A DNA stretch of 64,000 bases, from positions 7,919 through 71,918 of the IMG/VR virus record IMGVR_UViG_3300017752_002639; one strand, 5' to 3'. The position numbers were made by a program, and so were the translations under genes. This DNA is from a virus. Each line of letters opens with the position of its first letter. The stretch's first letter is position 1. The notes beneath the pieces were generated by a model, which was not told the DNA's origin, did no database searches, and saw nothing but the letters and a program-made list of their open reading frames with translations. Of the stretch, positions 42,740 through 51,951 are shown in pieces.

Positions 42740-43712
42740 TATTACCGAATTTGGCCAGAAGACTCTCCTAAAGAGCCATCTTTTCACGGTTTCGTGGATC
42801 CTGGCTAGATTTTGTAATTATAACTGCTCTTATTGCTGGCCATACGCTAGATCTAGTACCCCTGACCACCAGGATTTAGAATTGTACTTAAAGACCCTAG
42901 ATAGTATCAAAGCACAGGCTCGTGCAAATGGCTTTAAAGATTTCCATTTTAGTTTCTCAGGAGGCGAACCTACAGCGTATAAATACTTTGGGGAGATCAT
43001 AGATCATTATTGCAGTGATGCAACACCCGAATACCAAAGTATACATATGACAACTAACTTGTCACCTGGAAGCAAATGGTGGAGCAGATGGATAGAGTCA
43101 ACAAGTACTTTGCAACGTAGAAGTATAACAGCAAGCTATCATGCAGAGTTTGCAAATGAACAAGAGTTTGGAGACAAATGTCTTCAGCTTATGAAAGCAG
43201 GTGTATATGTTACGATTAATCAAGTTATGGTTCCAGAAATTTTTGAAGATCTTTACGAAAGGCTTGAACGATTTGCCACCAGAGGTATTAACGTCACTCT
43301 CAAGCCCCAGTCCGATCCAACCGCCTCCCACGTGGTACATGGATATAGTGAAGACCAAATCACAAGAATGCAAACCGGATTCCCACAAACAATTCCAGAA
43401 GCATTTAAAGGAATAATACCTTTACTACAAGTAGAGCTTACAGACGACAAAGGCGAAAAGTATTACGTAGATCAAGCAGAACGCTTTAATGCATTCGGCT
43501 TTAACAAGTTTGAAGGTTGGACTTGCAATGCAGGTTATCAAGGTATTGTTATTCGTGGTAATGAAGTAAAGCGTAGTTACAGTTGTCGAGATGAGCCAAT
43601 TGGTACATTAGAGGACGGCTTTAAAATATTTGACAAACCTCGTAAATGCATCACACCAACGTGTGTTAGTTCCGCTGACTCAAAACTTCCAAAGGTAAAA
43701 TATGAAGATTGA
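42708..43712 (+). CDS. Radical SAM enzyme 5 (short type, C-terminal 'GW.C' Cys domain)
   Basis: CNYNCSYC, FSGGEP, 'FEGWTCNAG...YSC...CITPTCVS'. ATG 42708 preferred over TTG 42696. Confidence 0.87.
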   Translation: MNNFQNIPWDNITEFGQKTLLKSHLFTVSWILARFCNYNCSYCWPYARSSTPDHQDLELYLKTLDSIKAQARANGFKDFHFSFSGGEPTAYKYFGEIIDHYCSDATPEYQSIHMTTNLSPGSKWWSRWIESTSTLQRRSITASYHAEFANEQEFGDKCLQLMKAGVYVTINQVMVPEIFEDLYERLERFATRGINVTLKPQSDPTASHVVHGYSEDQITRMQTGFPQTIPEAFKGIIPLLQVELTDDKGEKYYVDQAERFNAFGFNKFEGWTCNAGYQGIVIRGNEVKRSYSCRDEPIGTLEDGFKIFDKPRKCITPTCVSSADSKLPKVKYED

Positions 43713-44304
43713 TGTACAAGACGTATTATTTTGGATGGATGCTATTCGCAACAGTGATGATCGCTATCGCACACTTGAAAGTTTTTGGAAAGGGCAAGTA
43801 AACAGCAAAGTATGGTTAGCTGAGAACTTGGTAGGATTTGTACCCGTTAGACCGTTAAATATCGTCATATACGGTGGTTGGAACGGAGTGCTGGCAAGTA
43901 TACTCTTTAACTCTAATATAGCTGTAGAACACGTTACAAGCGTGGATATAGACCCTGTATGCGAAGATATAGCAAACACAGTAAACAAGCGTTATGAAAT
44001 GCAAGGTAAATTTGAAGCAGTTACACATGATATGTGCAAATACGTTACAGGAGCAGATGTTGTAATTAATACAAGTTGTGAACACATAACACAAGAGCAG
44101 TACGATCAATGGTTAGATAATCAACCTGACAATGCAGTTATTGTATTACAAAGCAATAACTATTTTAAACACGAAGAACATGTTCGATGCTCAAAAGATT
44201 TAGATAATTTTACAAAAATAAGTAATATTAAACCCTACTTGCGTAGAGTTTTAGAAACACCAAAATACGATCGTTATATGTTGATAGGTAAAAAGAATGT
44301 TTAG
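43702..44304 (+). CDS. Class I SAM-dependent methyltransferase-like protein
   Basis: 'IVIYGGWNG', 'VTSVDID' and 'VVINTSCEH' fit Rossmann methyltransferase motifs I, II and IV. Confidence 0.65.
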   Translation: MKIDVQDVLFWMDAIRNSDDRYRTLESFWKGQVNSKVWLAENLVGFVPVRPLNIVIYGGWNGVLASILFNSNIAVEHVTSVDIDPVCEDIANTVNKRYEMQGKFEAVTHDMCKYVTGADVVINTSCEHITQEQYDQWLDNQPDNAVIVLQSNNYFKHEEHVRCSKDLDNFTKISNIKPYLRRVLETPKYDRYMLIGKKNV

Positions 44305-45376
44305 TTTTAGCGACTTAGAAAATATACATTTAGAAATTACAAATCGCTGTCAGGCAAGTTGTCCAATGTGTAGTAGAAATTATCACGGCGGATTAGAAAA
44401 CCCTCTTATCAAAAACAAAGACTGGACATTACAAGACTTTCAAAATATACTAACAAAAGAAGTGTTGGATCAATTAAAAGGATTTTATTTCTGTGGCAAC
44501 TTTGGTGATCCTATTATTAATGATGAATTAATTGAAATGGTTGAATATGCCGCAACAGTTAATCCTAACTTAAATATTAGAATACACACAAACGGAAGTG
44601 CAAGAAACACAGACTGGTGGGCAAGACTTGCAAAAGCATTACCTGTAACGCATAACGTTATTTTTGCTATTGACGGATTAGAAGATACACACAAATTATA
44701 TCGTATAGGTACTAGTTACAAAAAAATATTACAAAATGCTACAGCATTTATTGAAGCAGGCGGCACAGCGGAATGGTGCTTTATAAAATTTAAACATAAC
44801 GAACATCAAGTAGAAGAAGCACGTACTATTGCAGAGCAAATGGGCTTTAGTTTATTTGTTGAAAAGAATAGTAGTAGATTTATAGGAACACCAGAATTTC
44901 CTGTATACGATAAAAATGGTGCAACTACACATTACTTGGAGCCACCTAGCAGTAGTGAACTTGCATTTATTACAGAAGATATGGTTGCTAATTACAAAGA
45001 CATTTTAAACAATGCAGAAATAGATTGCTATGTGTTGCAAACTAAAGAAGTATACATTGATGCATATAAGAAAATATTTCCGTGTTGTTTCTTAGCAAGT
45101 ACACCGTACAACTATGCAAAAACAAATGATGTTACAGCACCAATAAGAAATCACATGCACGAACAATACCTAGACTTAATAGAAAATTTAGGTAATACTA
45201 ATGCACTTGAAGTTTCTTTAAAACAAGTAATTGATTCTACACCTTGGCAAACAGTGTGGAAAGATTACTGGGGCAAAAATAAGCTAATTACATGTGCAAG
45301 AACATGTGGTAAAGTAAAAGAATTACCTAAACCAAAAGATCAATTTATTAGAGTAGTGGGATTAAACAATGAGTAA
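44297..45376 (+). CDS. Radical SAM enzyme 6 with C-terminal SPASM/twitch domain
   Basis: CQASCPMC, GNFGDP; C-terminal FPCC...CARTC. Confidence 0.87.
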   Translation: MFSFSDLENIHLEITNRCQASCPMCSRNYHGGLENPLIKNKDWTLQDFQNILTKEVLDQLKGFYFCGNFGDPIINDELIEMVEYAATVNPNLNIRIHTNGSARNTDWWARLAKALPVTHNVIFAIDGLEDTHKLYRIGTSYKKILQNATAFIEAGGTAEWCFIKFKHNEHQVEEARTIAEQMGFSLFVEKNSSRFIGTPEFPVYDKNGATTHYLEPPSSSELAFITEDMVANYKDILNNAEIDCYVLQTKEVYIDAYKKIFPCCFLASTPYNYAKTNDVTAPIRNHMHEQYLDLIENLGNTNALEVSLKQVIDSTPWQTVWKDYWGKNKLITCARTCGKVKELPKPKDQFIRVVGLNNE

Positions 45377-46784
45377 ATGGTGGTATAACGATAAAGACAG
45401 TGAGCTAGGCAAGTATCAACGAGAACTAGAAAGCGTTGCAAAAAGTCCTACGTTTTGTGTTCTACCTTGGATACACTTTGCTACTAGACCTAATGGCGAT
45501 ATGCGTTTATGTTGTTCGTCTAATGCAAGTGGTGCTGGCGGAGACCATACAGTTGGACTTGTTAAAATGGAGGATGGTAAGCCAGCAAACTTTGGCAGAG
45601 AAACTCCAATGGAAGCATGGAATAACGACTACATGAAAAGTGTACGTACAACTATGCTTAATGGACAAATACCTGCAAGTTGTACTAAATGCTTTGAAGA
45701 AGAAAAAGTAGGAGTAGTAAGTAAGCGTATATGGGAAAGTGGTACCTGGCATAGAGACGATGATGGTGTAGACATTCCTTATTTGATTGAACAAACACAA
45801 GCAGACGGAACAGTACCGGAAGAGTTAGTATACTTAGATCTACGTTTAGGACATACTTGCAATATTAAATGTGTGATGTGTAGTCCACATGATAGCAGTA
45901 AGTGGGTAGCAGATCACAAAAAACTTATTCCTGTATTACAAGACCCTGATGTTAAAAGACAAATGCAATGGGATAAAAGTGAGTTCAATAATAAATGGCA
46001 TGAAAAAGATACGTTCTGGGAAGAAATGTATGCACAGATACCTAATCTAAAACAAGTATATTTTGCAGGCGGTGAGCCTCTAATGATCAAAGAACATAAA
46101 ATGTTTATTGAAGAAATTATTAGACAAGGCTATCAAGACAAAATATTGTTACGTTACAATTCAAATGGACTATTAGTAGACGAAGATCTAATTGAGTTAT
46201 GGTCAAAGTTTAAAAAAGTAAAGTTTGCTATTAGTATGGATGCTAGTCACGGACGTGATGAATACATACGTTTTCCTACAAACTTTGAAACTGTAGAAAA
46301 AACTTTGCATATGCTTGACAACACACCTGACAACATACAAACAAGTTTAGCAACAGCAATACAAATATTCAACGTAAAGCATTTACCAGACTTTATGAAA
46401 TGGAAACTAGAAAGCGGATTTAAAAAATTAAATAGCGGTACAGTGCCTGGTGGTGTGCAAATGGGCGGTGGCTTAGTTAATATGCACTTGTTGTATATTC
46501 CAACTTTCCTTAGTATACAAATACTACCAGAACACGACAAACAAGAAGTTAAAGAACGTTTTATGGACTTTAAAGATTACTTGTGGAACAACTATAGACA
46601 AGATGATGACTTTTGGAAAGTTAATCCTTATGGCTGGAAACGTTGGGAAGCTGTAATGAATCATATGAATGCACAAGACAACAGTCATTTACTTCCGGGC
46701 TTTAAAGAGTACACAAACAAATTAGATGCAATTCGTAATTTAAATGCGGCCAAAGTATTTCCAGAGCTTGCTCACTTGTTATGA
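45369..46784 (+). CDS. Radical SAM enzyme 7, N-terminal twitch domain (CC type)
   Basis: CNIKCVMC, FAGGEP; FCVLPW...LCC...CTKC. Confidence 0.88.
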   Translation: MSKWWYNDKDSELGKYQRELESVAKSPTFCVLPWIHFATRPNGDMRLCCSSNASGAGGDHTVGLVKMEDGKPANFGRETPMEAWNNDYMKSVRTTMLNGQIPASCTKCFEEEKVGVVSKRIWESGTWHRDDDGVDIPYLIEQTQADGTVPEELVYLDLRLGHTCNIKCVMCSPHDSSKWVADHKKLIPVLQDPDVKRQMQWDKSEFNNKWHEKDTFWEEMYAQIPNLKQVYFAGGEPLMIKEHKMFIEEIIRQGYQDKILLRYNSNGLLVDEDLIELWSKFKKVKFAISMDASHGRDEYIRFPTNFETVEKTLHMLDNTPDNIQTSLATAIQIFNVKHLPDFMKWKLESGFKKLNSGTVPGGVQMGGGLVNMHLLYIPTFLSIQILPEHDKQEVKERFMDFKDYLWNNYRQDDDFWKVNPYGWKRWEAVMNHMNAQDNSHLLPGFKEYTNKLDAIRNLNAAKVFPELAHLL

Positions 46785-47731
46785 TTAATCGTATTGAAAA
46801 CAATCAAGATCCTGATATGGTGCGTATTGAATATATGCCGGGTAACACCTGTAACCATAAATGTCATTATTGTTTTCCAGGAAGTAACGAAGGCGACCAA
46901 GGTTGGCCAGACGTTGATATAGTAAAACAAAATTTATCACATCTATTAACACATTATGAAAACAATGGCAAGCCTAAAAGCAACTTATACATTGTAGGCG
47001 GCGAGCCTACATTATGGAAGGGCTTAGAAGAACTTTGTCAGTATTTAAAAAGCAAACATAATATTATTATTGAAATGAGTACAAACGGTACTCGCAAACT
47101 TAATTGGTGGAAAAACAATGCAAAGAATTTTGACCATGTTGAAGTTAGTGTACACAGAGAGTTTGCTAATCTTGATCATTTAATAACAGTATGCGATACA
47201 TTGTATGACTTAGGCATATTTGTTAATGCTGACGTTTTAATAGACCCAGATGACTTTGAACAAAGTGTGGCTAATCTTGAATATCTAAAAACACACTGTA
47301 AAAACAAATGGCCTATTATTGCAAAAATAGTTCATTTTAATGGTCGACATAGATATACTGATACGCAACTAACATACTTTGAAAATGTAATTAAACAATA
47401 TCCTACACAAGAATGGTTTGATACTACTAATAAAAAACCTCTTAGAAACATAAAGATACATTCAGACGATAACATTATTACTGTAAACAACGACAACTAT
47501 TTAATTGCAAATAATTTAAATAAGTTTCAAGGATGGACTTGTAACTTAGGTGTAGACTTTATAAAAATATTTCCAGATGGAAGAATTACAGGAAACTGTC
47601 AACAAAAACTATTTGGTAATTTACACGATGATAATTTTACACAAACATATAGTCCTGTGATTGAGCCATTAATATGTAATAGACAACTATGTGTATGCAG
47701 TGAAGAAACGGTGATAGCAAAACATGCCTGA
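46781..47731 (+). CDS. Radical SAM enzyme 8 (short type)
   Basis: CNHKCHYC, VGGEP; FQGWTC...GNC...CNRQLCVC. Confidence 0.87.
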   Translation: MINRIENNQDPDMVRIEYMPGNTCNHKCHYCFPGSNEGDQGWPDVDIVKQNLSHLLTHYENNGKPKSNLYIVGGEPTLWKGLEELCQYLKSKHNIIIEMSTNGTRKLNWWKNNAKNFDHVEVSVHREFANLDHLITVCDTLYDLGIFVNADVLIDPDDFEQSVANLEYLKTHCKNKWPIIAKIVHFNGRHRYTDTQLTYFENVIKQYPTQEWFDTTNKKPLRNIKIHSDDNIITVNNDNYLIANNLNKFQGWTCNLGVDFIKIFPDGRITGNCQQKLFGNLHDDNFTQTYSPVIEPLICNRQLCVCSEETVIAKHA

Positions 47732-48776
47732 CTTTAATACATTAGAACCAGCTAACGATTCTTACTTTTCTGTTGAATGGGAAACTACATTAAAATGTAA
47801 CCTTGATTGTAGTTATTGCGGAGACGGACATGACAACAGTTTGCCACATCCTAGTTTAGCATCAAGTTTAGACACAGTTGATTTTATTTTTGATTATACT
47901 AATGAGCAACTAAAACAAAAACCTAAACATCTACAACATGCTAATTTAAATATTTTTGGTGGTGAAAGTTTTTTCCATCCTAAAATTATAAACATATTAC
48001 AATATGCACAGAACAAAAAACAATATTATGATTGGACTATAAGTATAAGCACTATTACTAATGCAGTTGTAAAAGAAAAGTTATGGCATAGAATTACAGA
48101 TTTTGTAGATTATTTTACAGTTAGTTTTCATGCAGAAAGCACAGAAAAACAACAACTACTGATGCGTAATAATATCTTATACTTACAGAAGATAGGTAAG
48201 CCTTTGCATGTTAGTATAATGATGCATCCTAAGCATTGGCAATCTTGTATGGACATGGTATACTGGTGTATAGAAAATGAAGTATCTTATAACAAGCGTC
48301 AAATAGATCATGATATGTTTGACTTTCGTTTTAACTACAGCAAAGAACAAACACAATTTCTTACTGGACATGTTCCAAGCACAATAGAAAAAATAGGTGG
48401 TCTAATTGCAAAAGGAATAGATTTGTCAAGTAGTGGCAGAGCATGTTGCGGCAACAAAACAATGTGTACAAATACATGTGATAGCACTAACTATATTAAA
48501 GGTAATAATTTTAAAGGGTGGAATTGTAGTGTAGATAGATTCTTTTTATATATCAAACAAAATACAGGCGAAGTGTTTACTAATAAAGATTGTAAAATGA
48601 ACTATAATGGCGAGGTAGGCCCGATAGGTTACTTGTCAGATACAAAATCTATTATGGATAATATTAATTCGTCAACTATTATCTGTAAAAAGAAAAGTTG
48701 CTGGTGTGGGCTATGTGCGCCTAAAGCAGAACATAAAAAAGATTATGATAGGATTATGCTAAAGTATGTTGACTAA
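47724..48776 (+). CDS. Radical SAM enzyme 9 (short type with extra Cys insert)
   Basis: CNLDCSYC, FGGES; GRACCG...FKGWNC...CKKKSCWCGLC. Confidence 0.87.
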   Translation: MPDFNTLEPANDSYFSVEWETTLKCNLDCSYCGDGHDNSLPHPSLASSLDTVDFIFDYTNEQLKQKPKHLQHANLNIFGGESFFHPKIINILQYAQNKKQYYDWTISISTITNAVVKEKLWHRITDFVDYFTVSFHAESTEKQQLLMRNNILYLQKIGKPLHVSIMMHPKHWQSCMDMVYWCIENEVSYNKRQIDHDMFDFRFNYSKEQTQFLTGHVPSTIEKIGGLIAKGIDLSSSGRACCGNKTMCTNTCDSTNYIKGNNFKGWNCSVDRFFLYIKQNTGEVFTNKDCKMNYNGEVGPIGYLSDTKSIMDNINSSTIICKKKSCWCGLCAPKAEHKKDYDRIMLKYVD

Positions 48777-49977
48777 ACTAGCCCTTGGTCCTAGCATGTG
48801 TACTGCTAAATGGACTAACAGTACAATACATCTCGGCATTGGCAAAACACACAGTTGTCATCATCCACATCCTCATACAATACCCCTGCACGAAATAGAA
48901 AACAATCCGTCAGCAATACACAATACACAACATAAAAAACAAGTTAGAAAGCAGATGCTTGAAGGTACATGTCCTAGTGAATGTAACTATTGTTGGAATG
49001 CTGAGTCTAACGGTACCGTAGGCGATCGTGTACTAATGAGTAAAAAAGATGGCTTGTTAGAATTATTAAAAATTAAAAACACAGCATGGGATCAAGATTA
49101 CGATCCAACTTATTTAGAAGTATCCTTTTCAAACGTGTGTAACTTTGCGTGTGCATATTGCGGTCCTGAATACAGTAGCAAATGGCATAGTGAAATAAAG
49201 CAAAAGTCTTATCCTAACAACTATAACGGAATACACTTAGAACAAATATTAGACAAAGATCATAATCCTTACATAGAAGCCTTTTGGAATTACTTGCCTA
49301 CTATATATAATAAATTACGTGTACTGCGTATTACAGGCGGTGAGCCTTTAATGAGTAGACATACTGAAAAACTTATAAACTATATTATAAAAAATCCAAA
49401 CAAAAACCTTACAGTAATTATCAACAGTAATTTAGGAATTACAGATAAACTGTTTAACAAGCATATAAACTTTTTAGTTGATGCAAAGTCTTGCGTTAAA
49501 AAGATTGAAATTGCAACTAGTGGTGAAGGATATGGTGCTAAAGCAGAATACGTTAGAGATGGATTAGATTATAACAAGTGGAGAACCAACTGCGACAGAG
49601 TAGCAAAAGATTTGAATTTATCTATTATGTCAGCTTATAATATTTTTAGTGTAACAACGTTTGATAAATTTTTAGAAGATGTTAAAGATATAAAAAATGT
49701 AACACTTAGTGTTAGTGCAGTAAGAGATCCAAGTTTTATGAGTGCATCAGTTATGCCTAAAGAATGGATGAGTCATTTACATAGGCAACAAAAATACATT
49801 GCTAAACACTTTTCAAAAGAAACACAACAGCGTTTTGAACAAGTCGTAGCTCATGCATCTGTTCCTAATAATAATTTAAACGAACTAGTTGCATTTGTGA
49901 AAGAATACGACTTACGCCGTAAAAAATCATTTATTAAAGTTTTTCCTGAATATGAGTTTATAACTCAACAGTTGTAA
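48766..49977 (+). CDS. Radical SAM enzyme 10, N-terminal twitch-like domain (SCHHP type)
   Basis: CNFACAYC, ITGGEP; MCTAKW...SCHHP...CNYCW. Confidence 0.88.
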   Translation: MLTKLALGPSMCTAKWTNSTIHLGIGKTHSCHHPHPHTIPLHEIENNPSAIHNTQHKKQVRKQMLEGTCPSECNYCWNAESNGTVGDRVLMSKKDGLLELLKIKNTAWDQDYDPTYLEVSFSNVCNFACAYCGPEYSSKWHSEIKQKSYPNNYNGIHLEQILDKDHNPYIEAFWNYLPTIYNKLRVLRITGGEPLMSRHTEKLINYIIKNPNKNLTVIINSNLGITDKLFNKHINFLVDAKSCVKKIEIATSGEGYGAKAEYVRDGLDYNKWRTNCDRVAKDLNLSIMSAYNIFSVTTFDKFLEDVKDIKNVTLSVSAVRDPSFMSASVMPKEWMSHLHRQQKYIAKHFSKETQQRFEQVVAHASVPNNNLNELVAFVKEYDLRRKKSFIKVFPEYEFITQQL

Positions 49978-51040
49978 TTGTATTCCAGGTTTGTTTGAAA
50001 ACATCAAAGTTTTTTGCTTTAGGAATACACATGCCGCAACCACATCTTGCGTTGGGGCAAACAATCGCTTTGTTTACGTTTATTTCATTTAAAATTTTCT
50101 CACTGTTATTTAGATTGCCAATAGCACCTATAGTTCCGTCTTTACGTGCTTGGCATGTTTGGTGGTGATACACATCACCTGTTTCCTGATCTATATGTAA
50201 GAAGAACCAATCTACCATACAGTTCCAACCTTTAAATTTGTTTTCAACTAATTTTACTGGTTGCCAATTATCTTCAACTAGTCCTTCTAAGCAACGCCCG
50301 CCACAACATTTGCGACCAACGTCTGTACCTTCAGTAGGACGTTTTGCTTTGTCTACTATACCAACTTCATTCCAAAACCATTCTTGTTGTTCCTCAGTAT
50401 ACTCATGACTTGTTCTGCGCATAACTCCATCGGAGTCTTCGAACCATCCTTTAAATGCAACAGTACCATCTCCAATTGGAACAGGGTTATATGCAATACC
50501 ATGTTCTTTAAAAAATGCACATACTTCTTTTGCTTCTTCAAAGTAATCACAATGTAACATAACATTAATTTGTAACCAAATACCACGTTCTTTTACCTTT
50601 AGTGCATTTTGTAGTACTCTATCTTTTAACTTTTGATGTGCTTCAGCATGCCAGCTAATAGTGATGCCGTCAATGTATTCAGCAATTTTATCAATGTCTT
50701 TTTCAGGCCATGTACCGTTTGTAGTAAGTCCTACATTATAACCTTCGTGTTCTTTAATGTATTTTACTATATCCCAAAACTGTGGATTAACAGTAGGCTC
50801 TCCTCCTGTGAAATCAATATTAACATGTTGACGATTTTTCTTATGTGAGTCATACTTGTTAGTATATGATTGTATAAAATTAAATGTATCTTTTAACTTG
50901 TCTAGTTTAGCATGTGGGCTAGTATTGTTATGTCTACTTGCTTCACAGTAAGTACAGTCGTAATTACAACGTCTTCCTAGATCCCAAGTAACCATCATTG
51001 GTTCAGGATTAGTTAAATTTATTGCTGTAGTTTGTATCAT
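49958..51040 (-). CDS. Radical SAM enzyme 11 (short type with extra Cys insert; paralog of 47724)
   Basis: CNYDCTYC, FTGGEP; GRKCCG...FKGWNC...CPNARCGCGMC. Confidence 0.87.
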   Translation of the reverse strand: MIQTTAINLTNPEPMMVTWDLGRRCNYDCTYCEASRHNNTSPHAKLDKLKDTFNFIQSYTNKYDSHKKNRQHVNIDFTGGEPTVNPQFWDIVKYIKEHEGYNVGLTTNGTWPEKDIDKIAEYIDGITISWHAEAHQKLKDRVLQNALKVKERGIWLQINVMLHCDYFEEAKEVCAFFKEHGIAYNPVPIGDGTVAFKGWFEDSDGVMRRTSHEYTEEQQEWFWNEVGIVDKAKRPTEGTDVGRKCCGGRCLEGLVEDNWQPVKLVENKFKGWNCMVDWFFLHIDQETGDVYHHQTCQARKDGTIGAIGNLNNSEKILNEINVNKAIVCPNARCGCGMCIPKAKNFDVFKQTWNTITTVEL

Positions 51041-51951
51041 TCTTTAACCTTTGTAAGAGGAATATCTGCGGCACAAGTACACCATTTACGTGTACATATA
51101 ATTGCTTGTTCTGGTATTTCAAAGTCACCTTGATATATGTTTCCTAAACTACCGCCTACTCTACACGTAGCACGATGAACATCACCGTCCCAATTAATCA
51201 TTAGGCTTTCTAATCCTGCATTACATTTCCAACCTTCGAATTGATTCCTGTGTGTTTTTATCAAGTCGTTTGCATGTATTAGTTCTTGATCGTTTACAAT
51301 AACATTAGGTTTAGCAGTTGCAACAGAGTCTAATAACCATTTTAAATCTTTAGAATCATATTTCAAATCATCAAACCAATCACGGTTCTCTGCTTCAGTC
51401 CAACGTATGCGTCTAACTACATAAGGTATGTTATGACTGTCAAATAATGTAGCACAGCGTTTTACTCTATCCATGTGTGCATGGTGTGCCATTAAATTAA
51501 CTTGAAAAGGAATTTGTGTGTTGGCGTCATTTAGTTGTGTCCAAAGTAACACATTTTCAGCACAGCGTTCCCAGTTTTTATCATCTTCAACATGCAAACT
51601 AAACACATAATGATCGACTGGTAGCTTGTCATAGAATGAAGGAGATAATGTACCATTGGTAGTAATGTTTAACCAGTCTAGTCTTTGTTTAATGTGTTCA
51701 CAAATTTCTAATATGTTAGGATGCACACAAGGCTCGCCACCTGTAAGACTTACACGAACTGGCTTACCTATTTCATACAATGCATCAACTGCATCTAACA
51801 TTACCTTAACATTGGTATGTGGACTAAAATTATCGTGTATTTCGGCAGGACAATACGTGCAATCTAAGTTACACCTTTTGCCTATATTCCATTCTACTTT
51901 AACTGAGTCTTGATGATCCCAGCGACTTGTTACGCTATACATAAGGAGCAA
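51037..51951 (-). CDS. Radical SAM enzyme 12 (short type)
   Basis: CNLDCTYC, LTGGEP; FEGWKC...ATC...CTRKWCTC. Confidence 0.87.
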   Translation of the reverse strand: MLLMYSVTSRWDHQDSVKVEWNIGKRCNLDCTYCPAEIHDNFSPHTNVKVMLDAVDALYEIGKPVRVSLTGGEPCVHPNILEICEHIKQRLDWLNITTNGTLSPSFYDKLPVDHYVFSLHVEDDKNWERCAENVLLWTQLNDANTQIPFQVNLMAHHAHMDRVKRCATLFDSHNIPYVVRRIRWTEAENRDWFDDLKYDSKDLKWLLDSVATAKPNVIVNDQELIHANDLIKTHRNQFEGWKCNAGLESLMINWDGDVHRATCRVGGSLGNIYQGDFEIPEQAIICTRKWCTCAADIPLTKVKE

